DNA from: Planctopirus limnophila DSM 3776
GTDB lineage: Bacteria; Planctomycetota; Planctomycetia; Planctomycetales; Planctomycetaceae
Direction of reading: 5' to 3'
DNA length: 32,000 nt
Assembly: GCF_000092105.1 (NCBI RefSeq)
Contig: NC_014148.1
Location: 4,800,001 to 4,832,000, forward strand
Positions 1 to 6,806 of the stretch are shown piece after piece. Every line of letters starts with the position of its first letter. Positions within the stretch are counted from its first letter, which is position 1. Below the pieces are notes generated by a model, which saw nothing but the letters and a program-made list of their open reading frames with translations, had not been told where the DNA came from and did no database searches. The position numbers and the translations under genes are program-made.

Positions 1-2
1 CT

Positions 3-662
3 GCCGATGAAGTTCTCGCAGGGCTTGTTTCGCAGAATCCCTCACGTTCGTCCGGCGAGGTCATCGCACTCGGCTTTCATGTCGATTACTGGGATCGCCT
101 CGGCTGGAAAGATCCATTTTCGAGTGCGGCAGCCACCCGCCGCCAGCATGCTTACGCTTCTCAGTTTGGCAATGACCAGGTCTACACCCCGCAATTGGTG
201 GTCAACGGTGCGATTGGCTTCGTGGGCTCGAAGAAAACTCTGGCTGAAAAAGCTGTCGAAAGAGCTCTCACGTTATCACCACAAGTTCACCTGGCCATCG
301 AGCGGGCACCCTCGACTTCATCCTCAGTAAAATCATTGAACGTCACGACGAAATTGTCCAAGGCGCCTGGCGAGGCCATGGCTGAGAAGTATCAGGTTCT
401 GCTGGCTTTGGTCCAGAAATCAGCGACAACCAACGTCAAGCACGGCGAAAACAGCGGTCTTCAACTCCGGCACGTCAACGTCGTCCGGGACTTTGACGTT
501 CAGGAGGCGAAGCAATCCTCCGTCTCGAACCAGTCGATACAGAATTCATGGCAGTTTCGGCTTCCTGTGGGCGTTTCGGTTCAGGATCTGGAATTGGTCG
601 CAGTCGCTTATGACGCAGAGAGCCATCAGGCCGTCGGGGCGACACGTCTGGCTGTTCAGTGA
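3..662 (+). CDS. DUF1223 (thioredoxin-fold) family protein, 5' end outside the window
   Basis: Frame 3 is open from the window edge to TGA at 660-662. Translation from nt 3 reads ADEVLAGLVSQNPSRSSGEVIALGFHVDYWDRLGWKDPFSSAAATRRQHAYASQFGNDQVYTPQLVVNG... This carries the HVDYWD..GW.DPF and VYTPQ.VVNG signatures I associate with DUF1223. The track ORF 195..662 is only the 3' part. Confidence 0.7.
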   Translation, partial: ADEVLAGLVSQNPSRSSGEVIALGFHVDYWDRLGWKDPFSSAAATRRQHAYASQFGNDQVYTPQLVVNGAIGFVGSKKTLAEKAVERALTLSPQVHLAIERAPSTSSSVKSLNVTTKLSKAPGEAMAEKYQVLLALVQKSATTNVKHGENSGLQLRHVNVVRDFDVQEAKQSSVSNQSIQNSWQFRLPVGVSVQDLELVAVAYDAESHQAVGATRLAVQ

Positions 663-860
663 AGGCTTTCGGGGGAACTCTCTTCAGTCGCTGCTCACAG
701 CCAGCTTTTCATCAACCGCACCCAGCCTGCTCTTCCACCAGCTTTCCCCCTTTCTCCCTTCCCGCCTTCTTCCCTTCCAAAACAACCTCTCTTGACAGTT
801 TGGCCGCTTTTCCTTGGACTTCACACTCATGGATCGAGTTGACGAAGTTCGGAGAACAGC

Positions 861-1874
861 ATGAAGTATCTCGTGACCGGGGCCGCTGGCTTTATTGGCT
901 TTCATACCACCAAGAAACTCATCGCCCGGGGCGATACCGTCGTCGGGCTCGACAACCTCAACGATTACTATCAGGTCAGCCTCAAGCACGACCGGCTGGC
1001 CCAGCTCAAAAATCTGCCGGACTTCGCATTCGAGCAGATTGAACTGGCCGATCGACCAGCCATGAAATCACTCTTCGAACGCCATCAGTTCGATGTGGTC
1101 ATTCACCTGGCGGCTCAAGCCGGTGTTCGCTATTCGCTCACCAATCCACAGGCCTACATCGACAGCAATCTCGTCGGCTTCTGCGAGATTCTCGAAGGCT
1201 GTCGGCATTCCGGTGTGAAACATCTCGCCTATGCGTCGTCATCCTCGGTTTATGGCGGCAACACCAAAATGCCCTTCTCGATTCACGACAACGTCGATCA
1301 TCCCGTCAGCCTCTACGCCGCCACCAAAAAAGCCAACGAGCTGATGGCCCACACTTACAGCCACCTCTTCCGGCTCCCCACCACCGGCCTCCGATTCTTC
1401 ACCGTCTACGGCCCCTGGGGAAGACCTGATATGGCTATGTGGATCTTCACCAAAGCCATTCTCGAAGGCCGCCCCATCGATGTCTTCAACGAAGGGAAAA
1501 TGCGGCGAGACTTCACCTTCATTGACGATATCGTCGAAGGGGTCGTCCGTGTCGCCGACAACATTCCGGTTCCAAACACTAGTTGGCAGAGCGATCATCC
1601 CGATCCCGCCACCAGTTCCGCCCCCTATCGCGTTTACAATATTGGCAACAATCGCCCTGAAGATCTGATGGAAATGATTGGGATTCTCGAATCCTGCCTC
1701 GGGAAAAAAGCCGAAAAACGACTCCTACCCATGCAGCCGGGCGATGTTCCCGCCACCTATGCCGATGTCGATGATCTCGTCAAAGATGTCGGTTTTAAAC
1801 CCGCAACTCCACTCGCCACAGGGATCCAGCGATTCGTCGACTGGTACCGCTCCTACCATAAAATTCCTGCGTAG
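861..1874 (+). CDS. NAD-dependent epimerase/dehydratase, UDP-glucuronate 4-epimerase type
   Basis: 337 aa. N-terminal Rossmann motif [12 protein letters not shown] catalytic region YASSSSVYG ... [18 protein letters not shown] (YxxxK). Overall similarity to CapI/LpsL-type UDP-GlcA 4-epimerases. GGAGAA lies 5 nt upstream of the ATG. It sits directly upstream of ugd. Confidence 0.85.
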   Translation: MKYLVTGAAGFIGFHTTKKLIARGDTVVGLDNLNDYYQVSLKHDRLAQLKNLPDFAFEQIELADRPAMKSLFERHQFDVVIHLAAQAGVRYSLTNPQAYIDSNLVGFCEILEGCRHSGVKHLAYASSSSVYGGNTKMPFSIHDNVDHPVSLYAATKKANELMAHTYSHLFRLPTTGLRFFTVYGPWGRPDMAMWIFTKAILEGRPIDVFNEGKMRRDFTFIDDIVEGVVRVADNIPVPNTSWQSDHPDPATSSAPYRVYNIGNNRPEDLMEMIGILESCLGKKAEKRLLPMQPGDVPATYADVDDLVKDVGFKPATPLATGIQRFVDWYRSYHKIPA

Positions 1875-1976
1875 AACCATTTCCACTCTGGCGTTGCCTT
1901 CGAAAGACAGGATACTTCGAACGGGCAATAGGGTTCTTCGACGATTTCTGCAGAGCGAATTGAGAAAGTCAGTCCC

Positions 1977-3287
1977 ATGAAACTGGTGGTTGTAGGCACA
2001 GGGTACGTCGGTCTGGTGACGGGCACCTGCTTCGCCGAAAGTGGTAACGAAGTCACCTGTGTCGACATCGACTCCGGCAAAATCGAGCGGCTCAAGCAGG
2101 GGATCATTCCCATCTACGAGCCTGGCTTGACCGAACTCGTCTTGAGAAACTCACAAGCCGGTCGCTTGAAGTTCACCACCGATCTTGTCTCTGTCGCTCC
2201 TGAAGCCAAATGCCTCTTTATTGCCGTCGGAACTCCCCAGGGAGACGATGGTTCGGCCAATCTGACGGCTCTCTGGAAAGTGGTCGATCAAATTGCGCCG
2301 CATGTCGCCCGCGATGCCGTCGTGGTGATTAAAAGTACTGTCCCCGTCGGCACCAATCGCCAGACCTGGGAACGGTTGAAAGAAAAAGCCGGTCGCGAGA
2401 TCGATGTCTGCTCGAACCCGGAGTTTCTGAAAGAAGGCTGTGCGATCGACGACTTTACCCGGCCAGATCGTGTCGTTGTGGGCGTCACCAGACCACCCGT
2501 CGCCGATGTGCTGCACGAGCTGTATCAGCCGTTCCTGCGAACGGAAAATCCGTTTCTGGTCATGGGGCTGGAAAGTGCAGAAATGACGAAGTACGTCGCC
2601 AACTGCATGCTCGCCACCAAGATCAGCTTTATCAATGAGATGGCCAATCTCTGTGAAGCCGTCAATGCGAACGTCAACGATGTTCGCCGGGGAATTGGCC
2701 ACGATCAGCGGATCGGTTTTCAGTTCCTCTTCCCGGGCGTCGGCTACGGCGGTTCCTGCTTCCCGAAAGATGTGCGCGCCCTCATTGCTGTGGCCAGTCG
2801 ATTTGGGCTTCCCTCAAAAATGCTGCATGCTGTGGATGAAGTGAACAACCTCCAGAAGGAAGTTCTCTTCTCCAAAATCCATCAGCGATTTGGTGGTGAT
2901 CTGGCCGGTAAAACCATCGCGATCTGGGGGCTGTCGTTCAAACCCCGCACTGATGATATCCGCGAAGCACCGGCACTGGTCTTGATCGATCAACTGCTCG
3001 CCCATGGAGCCACGATCAAGGTGCACGACCCCGTCGCCCATGAAAACGTCGAAGCCATCTACAAAGACCGGCTCACCTACTGCAAACATCACTACGATAC
3101 TCTTGAAAACGCCGATGCTCTGGCGATTGTGACGGAATGGCAGCAGTTCCGAAATCCCGATTTTGACTACATCAAGCATAAACTCAGACAGCCCATCATT
3201 TTCGATGGCCGCAATCTGTACGATCCCAAACTGATGGCCGAACGAGGCTTCGAATACTCGGGCATCGGCTTAAAAGCCGCCCAATAA
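1977..3287 (+). CDS. ugd: UDP-glucose 6-dehydrogenase
   Basis: 436 aa. N-terminal [22 protein letters not shown]-binding motif. Catalytic-Cys motif [18 protein letters not shown] motif. Length is typical of the UDP-glucose/GDP-mannose dehydrogenase family. Confidence 0.93.
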   Translation: MKLVVVGTGYVGLVTGTCFAESGNEVTCVDIDSGKIERLKQGIIPIYEPGLTELVLRNSQAGRLKFTTDLVSVAPEAKCLFIAVGTPQGDDGSANLTALWKVVDQIAPHVARDAVVVIKSTVPVGTNRQTWERLKEKAGREIDVCSNPEFLKEGCAIDDFTRPDRVVVGVTRPPVADVLHELYQPFLRTENPFLVMGLESAEMTKYVANCMLATKISFINEMANLCEAVNANVNDVRRGIGHDQRIGFQFLFPGVGYGGSCFPKDVRALIAVASRFGLPSKMLHAVDEVNNLQKEVLFSKIHQRFGGDLAGKTIAIWGLSFKPRTDDIREAPALVLIDQLLAHGATIKVHDPVAHENVEAIYKDRLTYCKHHYDTLENADALAIVTEWQQFRNPDFDYIKHKLRQPIIFDGRNLYDPKLMAERGFEYSGIGLKAAQ

Positions 3288-3331
3288 CCCGCCTCGCCTG
3301 GTTGGATGGTCATGATGTAGGCGTCACGTAG

Positions 3332-3359
3332 GGTGCATGCAGTTCCGACGGAATGCACC
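3332..3359. repeat. 28-nt conserved hairpin element, copy A (possible bidirectional terminator or REP-like element)
   Basis: GGTGCAT-gcAGTTCCGACGGA-ATGCACC: 7-bp perfect stem and 14-nt loop. It lies between the convergent ugd (+) and htrA (-) genes. A near-identical copy is at 26498-26525. Confidence 0.6.
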
Positions 3360-3366
3360 ATCAGGA

Positions 3367-4566
3367 CTAAGGAGTTCGCTCACCCAGGGGATCAGTCGTC
3401 GTGAGTGTCAGTGGCACCTCGATTTCCTGACCATCGCGAACGATCGTCAAACGAACGACATCGCCCGGCTTTTTATCTTCGACATAACCAAGAAAATCAT
3501 CAGCCGTCGAAATCTTGCGACCATCAACCGCCATAATTCGGTCGGCAGCCGCACGATCGACAGATTCACTGATGAATGGCCCACGCCGGGCGCGAACGAC
3601 TTTCGGGCCTCGTAACCCGGCACGTTCTGCTGGCCCGCCGGGCTTCATTTGAGCAATCAGCAGGCCTTTCTCCGTCTCAAAGACTTTGGTAATCCCCACT
3701 TCAGGGCGCACCACTTTCCCATAAGCGAGCAATTGCGGCACCACCCGCGTGACCAGATTCACAGGAATCGCAAACCCAACACCGGCACTTTGACCCGATG
3801 TCGTGGCAATGGCGGTGTTAATACCGATCAGCTTGCCGTGGGCATCGAGCAGAGGCCCGCCGCTGTTTCCGGGATTGATGGCGGCATCGATCTGAATGAT
3901 CGAGCGGATCGTGCGATTGCCATGAATCTGCAACGATCGATTGAGATTCGATATAATCCCTGTGGTTAAGGTGCGTTCGAGACCAAACGGGTTTCCCAGT
4001 GCAAAGACCCGCATCCCGGCTCGAAGTTTTCGCGAATCGCCGAATTCCACGGGATAGAGCTGATCTTCTGGAGCTTCGAGCTTCAGGATGGCAATATCGT
4101 TGACAGGATCAGCTCCCACGATGGTGGCATCGAATGATTCGCCCGAATAGAGCGTTACACTGATCTGTGTGGCCCCTTCGACAACGTGATTATTGGTCAG
4201 CACATGACCAGCTTTATCAATGATCGAACCCGAACCACTTCCTTCGGATTGCAGTTCGAGCAGCGAGAACCGGCCCGATTGCACCGCTTTTGTCGTAATG
4301 TTCACCACACTGCGGTTCGCGGCCTGATAGACCGCAATATTCACTGCTTCTTCGGGCGTCAGACCATCCGCCATATAGATGGGCTTGACCTTCGGTTGAT
4401 TGGCTTCATCTTCTTCGCTGTAAGGGGTCGATTTGAATCGGGCACCGCGGTCCTGGGCCACAGCCAGACCGTGGGCCTCGAAAGTGGATGGTTGCAGCCA
4501 CCAGGCTGTGAGCACACTGGCGGCCAGGGCCGAAATGAAACTGGCAAATATCACTCTGGTCATCAT
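3367..4566 (-). CDS. HtrA/DegP-family periplasmic serine protease with a C-terminal PDZ domain
   Basis: Catalytic triad contexts TNNHVVEGA (His), NDIAILKL (Asp) and GNSGGPLLD (Ser). C-terminal PDZ-like segment GLLIAQMKPGGPAERAGL...GDVVRLTIVRDGQ. I place the start at the ATG at 4566 (MMTRVIFASFISALAASVL, a signal/anchor) because GGAG lies 5 nt upstream. The track ORF extends to 4749. Confidence 0.9.
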   Translation of the reverse strand: MMTRVIFASFISALAASVLTAWWLQPSTFEAHGLAVAQDRGARFKSTPYSEEDEANQPKVKPIYMADGLTPEEAVNIAVYQAANRSVVNITTKAVQSGRFSLLELQSEGSGSGSIIDKAGHVLTNNHVVEGATQISVTLYSGESFDATIVGADPVNDIAILKLEAPEDQLYPVEFGDSRKLRAGMRVFALGNPFGLERTLTTGIISNLNRSLQIHGNRTIRSIIQIDAAINPGNSGGPLLDAHGKLIGINTAIATTSGQSAGVGFAIPVNLVTRVVPQLLAYGKVVRPEVGITKVFETEKGLLIAQMKPGGPAERAGLRGPKVVRARRGPFISESVDRAAADRIMAVDGRKISTADDFLGYVEDKKPGDVVRLTIVRDGQEIEVPLTLTTTDPLGERTP

Positions 4567-4733
4567 GAAGTCTCCCAACCGAATACGAACCTTCCTTCTA
4601 TAAGAGATTTCGACCGGACCAACAAGACGGGTCGGGAGCAGCCTATCGGCCGGAGCGAAGTGGCCAGATCGATTTTCGGCAATCTCTCCTTCAGAATTCG
4701 AGTCCCGAATGGACTGGGAAAATGGTCTGCTTG

Positions 4734-4773
4734 TGGCGAGAATAACCAAGTGGCGACAATAACCAAGTGACGA
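4734..4773. promoter_or_regulatory. Tandem 17-bp direct repeats in the divergent htrA / GTPase promoter region (candidate operator)
   Basis: TGGCGAGAATAACCAAG (4734-4750) is followed directly by TGGCGACAATAACCAAG (4751-4767), 16/17 identical. A degenerate partial third copy TGACGA.. follows. The repeats lie about 100-140 bp upstream of the 4872 start. Confidence 0.3.
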
Positions 4774-4871
4774 TTGTCAAGTTCTGCAAAATTGTCCATC
4801 AGGGCATTGGGCCAAACGATTGGCCAGAAATGGGCCTTTGAAATCGAATTACCCTCGCTAGGACGAAGTCA

Positions 4872-6731
4872 TTGATGCCGACTGATCAGACACTCCGGCC
4901 TGTTGTCAGGCAGTCGCAGATCGAGAGCCTGCTGGCCGATTTGAGCCGCTGGGCCCAGGCCAGCGCAACTTCGAGCGTGGTTCGCGAACAGCAAAGGCTT
5001 TTGGGCAGCCTGCTGGTCGCTGCTCCCGAACTGGTCGCACGAATTCAGTCACCTCTTTTGATTGCCACCTTTGGCGGTACTGGTGTGGGCAAGAGTACTC
5101 TTGTCAATGCGCTGGTCGGTGCAGAAATCACGCGGGCAGGTGTTACCCGGCCCACGACATGTGTCCCGACACTGGTGATCCATCAGGAAACTTCGCTGTC
5201 ATCCTTAGGGTTTTCAACACCCAGGTCTTCCGCCGCTCTTCGAGAGACATCCTCACCCGAGTTCCACGTTCAACAACTCGATCTGCCGATTCTCAAACAG
5301 TTTGCTCTCCTTGATTTTCCCGATGTCGATGTGGATGAAATTGCCATTGAAGGGAGCAATCTCGCCAGAGTCCGCGAACTCCTCCCGTTATGCGATGTTC
5401 TCCTCGTCGTCAGTACGCAGGAGAAGTATCGCCAGGCCAGATTGCAGACCGAATTGCGCGCTGCCGCCTCACATGCGCGAGTTCTCTTCGTGCAGACATT
5501 TGCCGATCGCGATGAAGATATCCGCGAAGACTGGCGCAAGGATCTTGTTCGCGATTTTGAACGGGTCGAGATCTTCTTTGTTGATTCGAAAAAGGGACTC
5601 GAAGAGAGCCGACGCGGCATGCGACCAGCCGGCGAGTTTGGTCAATTGATGGCCACACTCGAGCAGGAATCGATCGATGGCCTGCGTCCACTCTTAAGGC
5701 ATAACAACCTCATTGACCTCATCGAAAACACGCTCTCACAGGCCAGAAGCGCATTGGAAGCCCATCGTCCACTCGTGCAGCGCGTTTCTGACCGTCTGGA
5801 GGCTGAAGATCGAAAACTGACAGCGAATCTTTCCGAGCGGCTCAAAACCGAACTCGAGAGTGAACAGCAGCCGTGGGAAGAACGCCTGATCTCTGCTGTG
5901 GCCGAAGCGTGGACCATCAGTCCACTCAGTGCTCTTTTACGATTTCGAGCCCGCTGGAGCACTTTTTTAGGTTCGTATGCCCTGTTGAGATCGCGCACTG
6001 TTGTGCAGGCGACGATTGCGGGGAGCCTGCAGGCGGTCGACTGGCTGCAAAGATCGCAGCGGGATAGTCAGGCCCGGGCGGCTCTGGATCAACTGGGAAC
6101 ATCGGCATTGACGGAAGCCGACTTGAGAAACCTGGCCTCGATCGTGCAGGGAGATGCCTCACAGGCCGGGTTTGATCCGATTGACTGGTCGACCGACCAG
6201 CGGCGGCAGGAAGCTGGTCAGTTGCAGCTCACCATGTGCCTGAAGGCGCGGGAACTGGTCGATCAACTCGTGCAGAAACTGGTCAAATCCAATGCCAGCC
6301 CGGTTGTCCGCTGGGGCTACGAGATTCTGTTGTGCCTCTTCCCCGCCTGGCTGTTGTGGCGCATCTGCTACAACTTTTTTTACGAGGCCTTCTGGCTGGG
6401 CAAGCCTCATCTCGAGACGAGCTTTTATTTCCCCGCAGCACTTCTTCTTGCTGGTTGGTGCGCGCTGTGGGTCTGGCTGATCACCCGTCGGCTGAAGCGG
6501 GGCCTACAGCACGAAATTCGAGCTTTAGCCAGCGATCTGGCCAGGCAGCAGATTCCGGGCGGCCTATTTATCCAGCTGCGAGAACGGGTCGATCAGTTCG
6601 AGCAGTTCGAACGAGAAGTGCAGAACCTGCACGAACGTGCCCGCGTGATTCAGAAAGATCTCCGCAACAGACCAACCCACCTCGGCTTCTCCCGGCATCA
6701 AAGGCTTCTCGAAACCTCGAAGACCCCATAA
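4872..6731 (+). CDS. Membrane-anchored P-loop GTPase (dynamin-like / MMR_HSR1-type G domain), function unknown
   Basis: 619 aa. Walker A/G1 is GGTGVGKS at aa 68-75. The candidate G3 is LLDFPD and the candidate G4 is TFAD. A long helical middle region follows. Two adjacent hydrophobic segments lie at about aa 482-505 and 518-540, followed by a charged helical tail of about 80 aa. The start is TTG at 4872 or the ATG at 4875. Confidence 0.7.
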   Translation: MMPTDQTLRPVVRQSQIESLLADLSRWAQASATSSVVREQQRLLGSLLVAAPELVARIQSPLLIATFGGTGVGKSTLVNALVGAEITRAGVTRPTTCVPTLVIHQETSLSSLGFSTPRSSAALRETSSPEFHVQQLDLPILKQFALLDFPDVDVDEIAIEGSNLARVRELLPLCDVLLVVSTQEKYRQARLQTELRAAASHARVLFVQTFADRDEDIREDWRKDLVRDFERVEIFFVDSKKGLEESRRGMRPAGEFGQLMATLEQESIDGLRPLLRHNNLIDLIENTLSQARSALEAHRPLVQRVSDRLEAEDRKLTANLSERLKTELESEQQPWEERLISAVAEAWTISPLSALLRFRARWSTFLGSYALLRSRTVVQATIAGSLQAVDWLQRSQRDSQARAALDQLGTSALTEADLRNLASIVQGDASQAGFDPIDWSTDQRRQEAGQLQLTMCLKARELVDQLVQKLVKSNASPVVRWGYEILLCLFPAWLLWRICYNFFYEAFWLGKPHLETSFYFPAALLLAGWCALWVWLITRRLKRGLQHEIRALASDLARQQIPGGLFIQLRERVDQFEQFEREVQNLHERARVIQKDLRNRPTHLGFSRHQRLLETSKTP

Positions 6732-6806
6732 TGCAGCCGCTTTTTGCCCCCACATTGTCAACTGTGCATATCGCCCGGAAGCGGTATGCCTCATCATGCG
6801 ATGCTT

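Noticed and set aside
7-330. ORF 7..330 (+), 107 aa, at the window start.
   Set aside because: It overlaps the DUF1223 reading frame out of frame. The DUF1223 frame carries family motifs, and this one is Arg/Ser-rich with no features.
2224-2234. Extra matches to the hairpin-element core AGTTCCGACGG inside coding regions: reverse-complement at 2224-2234 in ugd, and direct at 12971-12982 in the DUF4129 gene.
   Set aside because: Both encode Ala-Val-Gly-Thr with the same preferred codons (GCC GTC GGA ACT) and lack the GGTGCA/TGCACC arms. I take them as codon-usage coincidences rather than copies of the element.
4567-4749. N-terminal extensions of track ORFs: htrA to 4749, kdsD to 10972, DUF4129 gene to 14426, Pro-rich gene to 17625, speH to 17938, mtd to 30174.
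   Set aside because: Internal ATG codons have better support. The evidence is a Shine-Dalgarno at correct spacing, a signal peptide starting at the internal Met, an ATGA overlap with the upstream gene, or agreement with typical family length (MtdA 288 aa, SpeH about 140 aa). The extensions look like non-coding read-through.
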